Virus record (IMG/VR): IMGVR_UViG_3300011115_000256
Coordinates: 1-29,285 of that record
Strand: one strand, 5' to 3'
Source: a virus
Lineage: Duplodnaviria > Caudoviricetes
DNA: 29,285 nt
Shown here: positions 1-9,900 of the stretch, piece after piece
How positions within the stretch are numbered: the first letter of the stretch is position 1
Layout: each line of letters opens with the position of its first letter
The notes under the pieces: generated by a model
The model's database searches: none
Told to the model about the DNA's origin: nothing
What the model saw: the letters and a program-made list of their open reading frames with translations, nothing else
Position numbers and translations under genes: made by a program

Positions 1-476
1 GAAGTATTGACTACGGACTTTACAGAAGTTCCAGCGGTCAATGTAATGGATGAAGATGTAGTCTGAGCAAGAGCAATATTATTTGCTATAAGCGCTTGAG
101 GGATAGTGTCCCAAACGTATATGCGACCTAATGGGCCAACACCTACGCTCATTGGAGATGGATTTTCAAAAGGTTCGTTGTCGTGAAGAGTTAACGCAGT
201 TGTATTAGCAATATTAATTGCTTGGTTTAGCGTGTAAGTTCCTGTGCCACCATTACCAGTGCCAAAAGCAGTGATATAGGTTCCATCAGTTACGCTTGTA
301 CCATCAACGTACATACCAACAACGATTGGTGCGCCAAAATTTAACGCAGTAATTGTTAGAGTTGAAGAAGAAACACTACCAGTTCCGCCAGTTGCGGTGG
401 TGGAGTATGGGCGAAGACCCGTACCCATATAGGTTACGGCTGACCCTAAAAATAAATCATCTGAATATTGAGGCAT
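1..476 (-). CDS. Structural protein downstream of major capsid gene (3' end runs off the window)
   Basis: Not in ORF track. ATG at 476 with AAGGAG upstream; open frame MPQYSDDLFLGSAVTYMGTGLRPYSTTATGGTGSVSSSTLTITALNFGAPIVVGMYVDGTSVTDGTYITAFGTGNGGTGTYTLN..., Thr/Gly-rich beta-strand composition typical of virion proteins. Confidence 0.75.
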   Translation of the reverse strand, partial: MPQYSDDLFLGSAVTYMGTGLRPYSTTATGGTGSVSSSTLTITALNFGAPIVVGMYVDGTSVTDGTYITAFGTGNGGTGTYTLNQAINIANTTALTLHDNEPFENPSPMSVGVGPLGRIYVWDTIPQALIANNIALAQTTSSSITLTAGTSVKSVVNT

Positions 477-516
477 TTTGTCTGCTCCTTGAAAAGTTTG
501 ACAAATACAAATTAAC

Positions 517-547
517 AAAAAAGGGGCTGGGTTTTATCCCAACCCCC
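517..547 (-). terminator. Rho-independent terminator after major capsid gene
   Basis: Minus strand GGGGTTGGG-ATAAAA-CCCAGCCCC followed by TTTTTT, about 10 nt after the MCP stop. Confidence 0.85.
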
Positions 548-557
548 TGTAGCGCGA

Positions 558-1472
558 TTAAACGCCGGGTGTGCCGTAAACGGCGCGTGGGTCAGTGAAA
601 CCTACTTGGTAACGCTCAGTAGCCTTGTAGCGCATAGAGTCGGTCTCAAAATCACCTTCCATAGTTTTTTCGAGTTTACGACGCATTAGCAACTTCATGC
701 CTTCTGGAGCATCAGTTTGAACCCACCATGCTGTTTGGTTGGTCAAACGAGACAACACAGCCGCACCTTCGTCCAACAAGCCAATAGACTTGACAGGGTT
801 GATGTCGTTGTTGCCTGTACCAGCGCGAAGCACTGATTTCAACAGAACTTCAGCTTGGAAGACATTGCCGGGAGCCACAATCAACTGACGTGGAACCAAA
901 CGAATCTTCTTACCATTGTTGTCCACAGCTTGACGAATTTGAATCAACATCTGTTCGAGAGATGTTTGGCTCAAGTTAGCCGCAGTGGATAACAAATTAC
1001 TGAAAGTACCGTTCACGATTGGGTGAGATGTGCTGTTTAGAGCAACTCCATCACCGCCGGGGTAGCTTGAGTTGAATGCACGATTCAACACGTTAGCTGA
1101 CAACGTCTCTTTAGTCTCAATCAAAGACTGAGCCAAGTGACGAGCGTAAACCTGACCAATACGAATATGGTCGCCATCTTCAACCAACACTTTGGTTAAC
1201 GCGAAGGCTAGGCCATACACGTTATACACATAGCGTTGCAAGAAGAGTACGCCACCTTGCTGATACGAAACAGGAGTTCCGTCAGGCAATTGTGGAGCGG
1301 CTCCAAATCCATAAAGGACTGGTTCTTCGTGGTAATTACGAGGGATACCTTCTTGTTCACGAAAAACTCGTGACCATTCATCGGTACGTTGGTCATAGAC
1401 TCCATCGAAGCATTCGTTAAGAATTGGCTCAACGATACTTCTAAAGTCCGTACTGCGCATTGGAGCGGCCAT
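558..1472 (-). CDS. Major capsid protein (HK97 fold, Mu gpT-like)
   Basis: 304 aa; capsid-like segments (YGLAFALTKVLVED, PRQLIVAP, GDFETDSMRYKATERY, FTDPRAVYG); position after scaffold and before a strong terminator; GGGGGA SD. Confidence 0.88.
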   Translation of the reverse strand: MAAPMRSTDFRSIVEPILNECFDGVYDQRTDEWSRVFREQEGIPRNYHEEPVLYGFGAAPQLPDGTPVSYQQGGVLFLQRYVYNVYGLAFALTKVLVEDGDHIRIGQVYARHLAQSLIETKETLSANVLNRAFNSSYPGGDGVALNSTSHPIVNGTFSNLLSTAANLSQTSLEQMLIQIRQAVDNNGKKIRLVPRQLIVAPGNVFQAEVLLKSVLRAGTGNNDINPVKSIGLLDEGAAVLSRLTNQTAWWVQTDAPEGMKLLMRRKLEKTMEGDFETDSMRYKATERYQVGFTDPRAVYGTPGV

Positions 1473-1485
1473 TTTTTAGTCCCCC

Positions 1486-2058
1486 TTAAATAGCATTGAT
1501 GGTGGCAACATACTGGCTTCGGCTCACTTGAACCTGAACCACGGTGTATGCGTCACCCCATGCGTTATCAACACCGGGCGACAAATTGATGATACGCATA
1601 TCACCAACAGCGCTCGAACCCACCAAACTCGTAGAGATGGTGCATTGCGACAAACCAGTGGTCGTAGAACCAGCAGTAATGTTGCTAAAGTTTGCTTGGT
1701 CACCAACCGAAGTTTGAGCCAAACTACCGTCTGCCTGAATGTCGTAAACGATATTAGGGTCAGAATAGTAATAAGTCACTTCAGAACCAGTTTGGTATGC
1801 AGTGTTTGCAATCCATTGGTTGCTGACAATACGACGACCAGTAAGGTCGGTGTACTCGTGACCAGCGAAAGCACCTTGGTAGGCGCTACCAGCAGTAGCG
1901 GCAATAATGTTTCCGCTAGTGTTGAGGGCTACAGGCTGACCTTTTAAAATGCCAGAACTATAACCAGAGGCAATACCGTTGGAAAGCGCTACCGCTCTGT
2001 CCAAACCCGTAGGATGGAAAGAAGGGCGCATACCAAACGGAGCATTAGTTGAAGACAT
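1486..2058 (-). CDS. Probable capsid decoration/cement or minor head protein
   Basis: 190 aa, Ser/Thr/Gly/Ala-rich, starts NAPFGMRP; immediately upstream of MCP; AAGGAG SD. Confidence 0.6.
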   Translation of the reverse strand: MSSTNAPFGMRPSFHPTGLDRAVALSNGIASGYSSGILKGQPVALNTSGNIIAATAGSAYQGAFAGHEYTDLTGRRIVSNQWIANTAYQTGSEVTYYYSDPNIVYDIQADGSLAQTSVGDQANFSNITAGSTTTGLSQCTISTSLVGSSAVGDMRIINLSPGVDNAWGDAYTVVQVQVSRSQYVATINAI

Positions 2059-2087
2059 AGTCTTTCTCCTTTGTTCAGTTAAAAACC

Positions 2088-2627
2088 CTACCCAGCAAAA
2101 TGCGGAGCAGGAATTGGTTTGTCAATGTCATTAAGCCCTTCGCCTTCAATCTGACCGAGGCTTCTGCCTCGACTATCACGTCCAACATTTTGCTCTGCCT
2201 GAAGTCGAATTTTGTTCGCCTCCTCAAGCGGTGCATCATGGTGAAAATGAGACATAATTTCTTGATACATATCCATAGGGATTTTGTACAAGAGCATCTC
2301 ATTACACGAGATATAACCTTCATGTTCTCCAGCTTTTACACGGTTATTTCGCATTTGAGGTAACTCATCCGCTTTCACGGGAACGTACCCAAGTCGAATC
2401 CGTTTATCAATGCTGTCGTAACTGTTAGTTGTCGACAACCAGCAAACGTGCCATCCCTTTAATTCAGGAACAGCGGGCAATGCACTTTGTACCCATTCGT
2501 CTTTCCACATCTTGCGACGTTCATCCGACGATGCCATTTTGTCCTCTGGAGCCTCGCGAATCGTGTCGCGACTGCCGCGATTATCGCGGTCTCCAGCATT
2601 CAAATTTTTCTTTAAACGAGAATCCAT
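2088..2627 (-). CDS. Head-module hypothetical protein
   Basis: 179 aa, AAGGAG SD, between scaffold and head genes; motif GWHVCWLST...LGYVPV...EMLLYKIP. Confidence 0.7.
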   Translation of the reverse strand: MDSRLKKNLNAGDRDNRGSRDTIREAPEDKMASSDERRKMWKDEWVQSALPAVPELKGWHVCWLSTTNSYDSIDKRIRLGYVPVKADELPQMRNNRVKAGEHEGYISCNEMLLYKIPMDMYQEIMSHFHHDAPLEEANKIRLQAEQNVGRDSRGRSLGQIEGEGLNDIDKPIPAPHFAG

Positions 2628-2638
2628 TTTATTACTCC

Positions 2639-3613
2639 TTAACCGTTATTGTTGCGTGCTTCTAAGGCGTAGCGTCGAATCATCTTCGCTCGTTTCTCAG
2701 CGTCATCCCACATACCTGCATCTTTCATAGCCCTCACCTGTTCGGGTGACAAGGTAAATGAATTACCTCTACCATTATTCGATGCATATTCGCGGCCTGA
2801 ACTCGTCACTGCACTTCGCGGTCTTGAGCGAGGTTTCTCGTCTGCATCTTCAGTATACCTGTGAGGCACTACTCTTTGCAAGCGTCTATCAAGTTCTTCC
2901 CAATATTCCGCAGTTTTTGGGTCATAACCCTCTTCTGCAAGTATTGAATCTTCGTTGAGAGCGCGTCTAGAATCGGGGTCTTTCCCATTTGGGTCGTACC
3001 ACGGGTTATTTGCCATCCAATTGTTGGCGTGACGCTGTAGCTGTGGGTCTGGAGCCTGAATAGTACGTTGTGCCTGTGGGGCAACAGCGCGTTTCTTCAA
3101 GTTTGCCAAAGCCTCTGCCTGACGACGTGCTTCAAACCACATTTCTTGCGCAGAAGTCAGCAATTCACCGTTACCAGTGCGTGTTGCCTCAGAAATCTTC
3201 TGTTTTGCAAACAAAATGCGATTATCTTGGTCTTCAATTGCCTTATCTAAGCGTGCAAGGTCACTTCCGTGGGACTTGCGCTCTAAAACAGACAATCTTT
3301 CGAGCAATTGTTGGTTCTGACGTTCTAAAAGCGTCAACTTGACGTCTTTTTCTGTCGAAACTTGTTTGTGATACTCCTTACGACGCTGTCTTTTGAGGCG
3401 TTTTTGCTCACGAAGAGCCTCTGCGTCCTCATCTACCGCGCCACCAACCACCATTTCTTTTTGGCGTGCGCGTTCATCAGCTTCATCGGAGTCGTCATCG
3501 TGTTGTGGCTCAGGAGAAGGGATACTTTCGGGCAACTCAATGGTTGCTGAACCGTCTTTTTCTTCCTGAATAACAATAACTTCTTGTTCTGCTACCTGAT
3601 TATCGGTACTCAT
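2639..3613 (-). CDS. Probable capsid scaffolding protein
   Basis: 324 aa; acidic N-terminus, long coiled-coil, WMANNPWY, C-terminal LSPEQVRAMKDAGM helix; typical position between portal and MCP. Confidence 0.7.
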   Translation of the reverse strand: MSTDNQVAEQEVIVIQEEKDGSATIELPESIPSPEPQHDDDSDEADERARQKEMVVGGAVDEDAEALREQKRLKRQRRKEYHKQVSTEKDVKLTLLERQNQQLLERLSVLERKSHGSDLARLDKAIEDQDNRILFAKQKISEATRTGNGELLTSAQEMWFEARRQAEALANLKKRAVAPQAQRTIQAPDPQLQRHANNWMANNPWYDPNGKDPDSRRALNEDSILAEEGYDPKTAEYWEELDRRLQRVVPHRYTEDADEKPRSRPRSAVTSSGREYASNNGRGNSFTLSPEQVRAMKDAGMWDDAEKRAKMIRRYALEARNNNG

Positions 3614-4038
3614 ACGAATGCCCTCACTTCAAGTGGATTTCCAGTAATTCTGGCAATCACTTCGTGGTCATTCAACACCATAAATTCGACGTTTTCGTCG
3701 TCTCCATGCGGAACAACCCATCGGTCGCCAGTCCATTTAGGTACGCGAAGGTAGTCGCCTTCTTTGCACCATATGCCCTCGACCCAAGGTTCCATTGTGT
3801 CGCGCTTTTTAAACGCTAATGGCCCCATCGCTACCACTTTGGCAACGGGATTTTGCGCCCGTTCAGTGTCGCGAGTCTCTTCAGGCAGGATAATCCCCGA
3901 TTGTGTCATTCGTTTCTTGGCTTTGCGCAGTTGTACTAATACTCTTGCACCAAGGGGAATCGCACCGGGGTCTACAAGAGGAAAGGCTTCCTCTAAATCA
4001 GCGGCATTACCCGCTACCGTGCTATCTGTCATCTTCAT
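3610..4038 (-). CDS. groES: GroES/Cpn10-like co-chaperonin
   Basis: PLGARVLVQ, mobile loop TQSGIILPE, VAKVVAMGP, KEGDYL, FMVLNDHEVIARI match the Cpn10 pattern. The start may be the second ATG (4032). Confidence 0.85.
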   Translation of the reverse strand: MKMTDSTVAGNAADLEEAFPLVDPGAIPLGARVLVQLRKAKKRMTQSGIILPEETRDTERAQNPVAKVVAMGPLAFKKRDTMEPWVEGIWCKEGDYLRVPKWTGDRWVVPHGDDENVEFMVLNDHEVIARITGNPLEVRAFV

Positions 4039-4207
4039 CTTCTCTCAAAAGGTGGTTAAGAATCTCAAGGGATGCCTCAAGTCCTAAGTTCTCCCCGACT
4101 AGACGTTGGTATGCATAGTAGTCAGACGCATTTCCATGCGCTAACCCTTGTGCAATCTCAGCCTGACGCGCTTCTACAGCGCTTACAAAGTCGGAAATTA
4201 ACTTCAT
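4022..4207 (-). CDS. Small head-module hypothetical protein
   Basis: 61 aa, ATGA overlap with upstream ORF; LAHGNASDYYAYQRLVGENLGL. Confidence 0.7.
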   Translation of the reverse strand: MKLISDFVSAVEARQAEIAQGLAHGNASDYYAYQRLVGENLGLEASLEILNHLLREDEDDR

Positions 4208-4383
4208 GCGTTGGACTTATCAACACCCTTGGGTTGGGAAAAATTCCCGTGGTCGCTGTTAGCTAGTGGCATAGTCGCTGTTGACTTCTCTTTTAATGAT
4301 TCGCCTGTAATCCATGCGCCAGCCGCCATGCGGGTCTTCTGACGTACTTGCTCAGATTGCATTTCTTTAACTTCTTTTTCCAT
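4204..4383 (-). CDS. Small hypothetical protein (59 aa, below ORF-track cutoff)
   Basis: MEKEVKEMQSEQVRQKTRMAAGAWITGESLKEKSTATMPLANSDHGNFSQPKGVDKSNA; AGGAG SD in the portal 3' end; ATGA overlap with next gene; fills the gap exactly. Confidence 0.75.
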   Translation of the reverse strand: MEKEVKEMQSEQVRQKTRMAAGAWITGESLKEKSTATMPLANSDHGNFSQPKGVDKSNA

Positions 4384-4384
4384 T

Positions 4385-6898
4385 TCATTCTCCTAAGTTG
4401 CGTTGGGTTTGCTTGTTTAAAGCGATTGCAGTCTTCTCCTGCTCTTGCCGTAGCTTGACCTCATCTACGGTCAATTCTGCGGTCTTAATACGTTCAGTGG
4501 TAAGGTTGTTTTCGGCGTTCATAGCAATCTTGGCCTCCTGCTCTTGTTGGTCTTTTGCCATTTCGGCTTGGAACTTCTGACCATCGAAAGCAAGACGTGC
4601 TTGGTCTGCGGCAGTACGACGTTGTGTTTCTGCCATAGATGCTTGCAATACCGCTTGAGCCTCGCCTTCTAATGGAGGTGGTGGTGGTTTGAACTGTTGC
4701 ATGAGTTGGCCTAATTGCTCTAGTGCAGGCATAACACCTTGGAACACCTGAGCGGAGTCCAAACTAACGTGGTCGGACGCCACCGCAATAGCGCGGTCAA
4801 TTTCTTTAGCAATCTTGCTTTCCTCATATTTGCCCAATTTGACGTCTCCAGCCGCCAAGACGTAACCTTGTACTTGTTGGGTATACCAAAGCATCATGTG
4901 TTGCTTAATATGCTCTAAAGCCTGCGGGATGAACTTAGGCGCAATGAGACGATTTGAGCCTAGCGTTGGGTCAAGCGCAAAGGTTAAGTGCGTTTGGATA
5001 TGCGCCAAATGGTCTTGACGTGGGTAAGCAAATGCTGGCTTGCCTAACGCCATTGCGCTGTTCTCGTCCGCGGCGTTCAACTCTGCGGGTTTACCAGTAT
5101 TTGGCATCAACTCGTTGACGTTGGGGACTTTGAGTTGCTTGAGCATACGGCTTACCACCGCACGTTGGTCAAAAATCTGCGGGAACTGCGCGGACAACTG
5201 CATGACCGACTGCATCTGAGCGACACGTTGTGTCTCAGAGAAGATGTGGGGGTCGGATACAGGAACCACGTCGCTGTTGCGTTTGAAGTCTGAGCGCTTG
5301 ATAGGTAACTCAGCAACAATATCGCCTTTACGTTGCTCATCCAAGTGCCAACGATTGATACGTCCCAGAACGTGCAAAACACGTCTTTGAGCATCATGCA
5401 AACGTGAATGAATAGATGAGAAAACTACGGCTCCCTGCTCAATCAACGCTTGTGTTGTACCTACAGGCATATTGCTATTGGCATCGGCAATTTTTTCCTC
5501 AGCAGTAGTAACTACACCTTTGGCCTGATTAGTCAGCCAACCCAACAACTCAAAAAGTACAGGAGAAGGAGGGTTAAATGGCATAGGCATAGCAATTTTG
5601 CGGATGTCATCCACTCCAATACCGCCTTCAATCTCTGTTACCTGCGTAATTTCAATTTGGTCGGACTGTCCTGAGACCTTTGCACCCTTCAATTTCAACA
5701 TTGTTAGGGAGTTGTTAACGTGCGCAGTGTCCAACAAGGCGCGTAATGCACCCGTAGAGGCGGCAGAAAGACCTCCGATGAGATGAGGTAGCCCAATAGC
5801 ATAAGCGCCTCGCCAAGGAATAAATTTAAACTCAATAATCCAATCCAATTTGGTAAAGGTTTCGTCACCTTCTTCCCAATTACGATATAAACCAACAACT
5901 GAATTGTCAAGTTCGTCAATCATTAGGATATAAGGCGCGGTATCACCCTTAGTACGCTCGTCTTCTTCTAAATCCAACCATGTGTAGATGTGATACACGC
6001 GACGTAAACCGTCTTCACCGTCTTGGAATTGTTTGCCTTCAATCTTGGCGTTGGCTTTCTCCGCCGCAGTTTGCTCTGGTTCTGACGTAGTGCGAATAAA
6101 ATTGATGTCGCGGTATAAGCCACGGTCAATACGTTGTTTAAATTCCCATTCGCTGATGTCCTGCTGTTCTGTTACACGCTGTGAGGTGTAAAAGTTGGCT
6201 GACGCGAAAGGGAGCAGGATGTTGTCAATGGCAACGAACTCAGCGCACGGTCTACGCTTCTTATCGTCGAACCACAGTTTCATAAACTGTGAACCACCCA
6301 ACGGCAATTGGGTCAGCATTTGCTCCTGCTCGTCCCTAAACTCTTCAATCTGTTCGGTTAATTGCCAATTCATGTAGTCGCGCTTACGCTCTGCAACTTC
6401 AGTCTTTTCGTCTGTAACCTCGCCAATAATCTTAGTCTTGGCTGGGCCATCTGGCGGAAACATTTCTTTGATTGCGCGAGAGGCAAAGTCTACACAGGCC
6501 TCTGCCATCATTGGGTGTACTACTTTGGAGGCTCCGAGAAACTGAGCGCCGCCGGGGGCATCATCGCCCATACCCGTCCTACGCAAACCCTCTTCATATT
6601 GCTTGTCACGCTTCTTTCGTGCTTGGCGGTCATTGTCAAGTAGTTCGATGTATCGCATAGCTAAAGAATCTAACTCACGCACGCTGATAACTTCCTCAGC
6701 CAAATTGGCATAAAAGTCTTCGTCTTCTGCTGGGCCTTTGAAGTCTGCAAGACTTACAACAGCGGAACCGTCAGGCAACTCCTCAACATCAGGTTCTTCG
6801 CCGGGGAGCATATCAACCTCAGCACCTCCCTCTTCAGTCATGCGTATACCTTCAATAAAGCGGTCTTGGTTAGGGCCAATTGGGTAATCTGTTGCCAT
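4385..6898 (-). CDS. Portal protein (P22-like, long C-terminal coiled-coil)
   Basis: 837 aa; GASKVVHPMMAEACVDF, FPPDGPAKT, YMNWQLTEQI, LPLGGSQFMK, PVGTTQALIEQG; Gln-rich coiled tail; lies in the packaging/head module. Confidence 0.85.
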   Translation of the reverse strand: MATDYPIGPNQDRFIEGIRMTEEGGAEVDMLPGEEPDVEELPDGSAVVSLADFKGPAEDEDFYANLAEEVISVRELDSLAMRYIELLDNDRQARKKRDKQYEEGLRRTGMGDDAPGGAQFLGASKVVHPMMAEACVDFASRAIKEMFPPDGPAKTKIIGEVTDEKTEVAERKRDYMNWQLTEQIEEFRDEQEQMLTQLPLGGSQFMKLWFDDKKRRPCAEFVAIDNILLPFASANFYTSQRVTEQQDISEWEFKQRIDRGLYRDINFIRTTSEPEQTAAEKANAKIEGKQFQDGEDGLRRVYHIYTWLDLEEDERTKGDTAPYILMIDELDNSVVGLYRNWEEGDETFTKLDWIIEFKFIPWRGAYAIGLPHLIGGLSAASTGALRALLDTAHVNNSLTMLKLKGAKVSGQSDQIEITQVTEIEGGIGVDDIRKIAMPMPFNPPSPVLFELLGWLTNQAKGVVTTAEEKIADANSNMPVGTTQALIEQGAVVFSSIHSRLHDAQRRVLHVLGRINRWHLDEQRKGDIVAELPIKRSDFKRNSDVVPVSDPHIFSETQRVAQMQSVMQLSAQFPQIFDQRAVVSRMLKQLKVPNVNELMPNTGKPAELNAADENSAMALGKPAFAYPRQDHLAHIQTHLTFALDPTLGSNRLIAPKFIPQALEHIKQHMMLWYTQQVQGYVLAAGDVKLGKYEESKIAKEIDRAIAVASDHVSLDSAQVFQGVMPALEQLGQLMQQFKPPPPPLEGEAQAVLQASMAETQRRTAADQARLAFDGQKFQAEMAKDQQEQEAKIAMNAENNLTTERIKTAELTVDEVKLRQEQEKTAIALNKQTQRNLGE

Positions 6899-6908
6899 GT
6901 TTTAATCC

Positions 6909-9900
6909 TTATCTTGCCATAGCGGACAATCCGCCTTGTTGTTTTTTGGGTTCCTGTTTAGCAGGCTTTGCTCCACTAATCTTCTTGATACCCTTCTTAA
7001 TTAATCCTGCTGGCATAAGAACTCCAGCAACAGTCTCGGCTATAGGAAACTCATTTTCCCCAACCATACCTACCTTACGCATAGCATCAATGTATTGCTC
7101 ACTACCAAACCAAGGCTTTTCGGACGACAGATTAGTATCAGCAAGGGCGTCAACCCCCATCAATCCTAAGTTCAATAAGTCAGGAATTCCGCCAAGGTAT
7201 TGAGCGCCAGTGCGTAAAGCAAAGTCCTTTACACCTCGTGGTGACTTGAGTTGGCTGGCTTCGTCTTTGACGTTTTGCTTTTCCCACTCGTAAACTTCTG
7301 GCGCATTACGCTTCATGTTCTCCCAATCTTTTTCCGTCAGCAGTGGCTCACGTCGTGAGCCTTCCGTCATAGGAGTCATCTCAGGGAAGGCAATACCACC
7401 ACCGTCAAAGTGTTGGGCGTCTTTAAATTGAAGCGTCTTGAATGCCGCACCACCTTCAGCGTATATGTCTGGCAATTCAATTTCGGAACGCTGAATTTTT
7501 TTATCAAAAACGGAATTGTTCTTGACATTTTTCTTAGCCCATTCATATATTTCTGGTGCGGTTTGTTTTAATTCTTCCAAACTAGGCACATCAAACTTTT
7601 CTGGCAACACCATATTGTTAGTCATGGCAAGTTCTTTTTTCAAAGCATCTATATATTCTTCTTGAGAGCGACGAGGAAAAGGTTCGCGTAATTCAGCACG
7701 CGGTAGCAATTGAATTAAATTTGCATCTTCACCTGCGCTTGCCAACGCTCTATTACGATGGCGACCTTCATGTCCAGAAATAAAAGGTGTTAGGGGCAAT
7801 CCCTGCTCTCCTTTATTTATTTCAAGATAAGGCACGCTTTCAAAACCTCCAGAGATATTGCGTAAATAATTAACATACTCATCAGTTGGTAAATCATCTT
7901 TGTACAACTCTCCTGATTTTATTCTGTCTTCTAAACTTGCATAGGCAGGTTTGTGTTTACTTGGTTTTAATGGTGCGGCATAATTTTCAAAGTCCGCAGG
8001 GTTTATAGTCATTAATGCTCTAGCATTGTCACCAATAAAAGCACTCCTAAGCGCTTCTTCTTGATACATTTTCTCTAGATTAGGTATTTCATCAGACGCA
8101 CGCTCAACACGTCTTGCGCCGTACTCACCCTCACGCTTGCGAGCGGCCTCTTTTACATTACTGAGTTTGCTAGGAATGATAATAGAAGGCGCTTCTATTG
8201 TTTGTATTTTTGGCTCTTCCAATAATTTCTTGCCAACCTTAGACAAGCCTTTAACTATCTTACCGCCATCAGATTTATTAAGGTCAGGCTCGTTAATGTC
8301 GTAGGTTCCACGGTTGCCAGTAGCGCTCTTGACCGCGTTAGGTCTATAGGAAACCACCTCGTTTAGGTCATCACCACGATACTGCATGATGCCGTCGTAT
8401 CCTTGGGATTGCGCTCTAGATTGAATTTGCTTACCAATATTTCCTTTTTCTTCATAAGCACGCTCTACCAATCGCATAGCGCTTTCCTCATCCATGCCTA
8501 GTTTTATTAGCGCCTCAGCCGCTGGGTCAATGTTTCTTCCTGTCTGACCAATGATGAGGGGATTGCGTAACTGCGCATGGACTGGCAACATATTGCCACC
8601 CTCTTGCTCTGGTAGCAGTTCTCCTGTTTTGCGTTGGGTAAGCGCGTTTAATCCTGTATCTTGGTAATACTTGCTTGCCAACATTGCGTCAATTGCTTCG
8701 TCATTTGGAATGTTACTGTATCCGCTTGCGTGAGCCGTGTTAGGAGTAAGGTATACACCAGAGCCTAACGCGCCCTCTTTGCTTGGCTTAATGCGTCGAA
8801 TGGCCTCATTACCCTTGCCGCCTTCAGTTGCTGTTGTACCGTGGTACAAACGCATAGGCGTCTTGCTTGGCTCTAGAAACTTCTGTAAGTTTGCTTCGCG
8901 CTCTACCGCTGGCAGAGTATTGTCTGTCATTAGTTTCTTAGCTATTTTGCCAAGGCCACCAACAATCTTGCCGCCGTCAGCCTTAGTAATGTCCTTCTCT
9001 TTAGTATCGTAAGTTCCGCGATTACCAATAGCTGATTTAATTTTTTCAGGCTCAAACATAATGATTTCATGTGGGTCGCCACGTCCCCAAGGGTCAGCGA
9101 ATATGATGCTGTCATAATCCTTACGAACTTCATCAGCCCAACGCTTTGGCAATAACTCAGGAAACTCCCTACTTCCGCCAGCGTAAACATCCTGCGCCCA
9201 ACCCAACATATCTTTATCGTCAAGCACCATAGGGTTAGTAACCTGCGCATGGACAGGCATAACCTGAACGCCAAAATTTGGCATTCTTGGGTCACCTATG
9301 TTATGCGCGGCTGGTTGAAATGTAGGGTCGGACGATAGCCAAATAGCCTCACCGCTCATCATTGGGTCATTGCCGCCTAGCTTGAACTCTTTAAAGTCGG
9401 ATGGGGTTGCATGATACAACCGCTCCTTGTATCGACTTGGGCTTAGAAATTTTTCTTTGTTGGCCTGTCTTTCAGCTTCGGGCAATACGTCATTAGCCAT
9501 TAGTTTTTTGAGAACTTTTTTTGCACCTTTAACTATTTTACCGCCGTCTGCCATAAACTCTAGCTTCTTAAAGGCTCCGCCACCCTCGGCTTTGTTAATG
9601 TCGGACTCACCAAGGTCATAAGTACCTCGATTGCCTATAGCAGACTTAATCCTGTTAGGGTCGTAAATACCAAGGTTCTTAGTCCCTCGTTCACGCGTGT
9701 AGAAAGAATCAAAGCCTATGTCTTTTAACACGTCTTGAAATTGTTGGTTTTCAATTCTTCCCCAATTGTTTTCATCTTTAGGTAAATCATCGACTTTTCG
9801 GTTGAACCTATGCAAGTCCATAGACCGCTCAGAAGATGTAATATGTGGGTCATAAAACTCTGACTCAGGGTTGTGAAACATATCAAGGTAAGTTGCTTTG

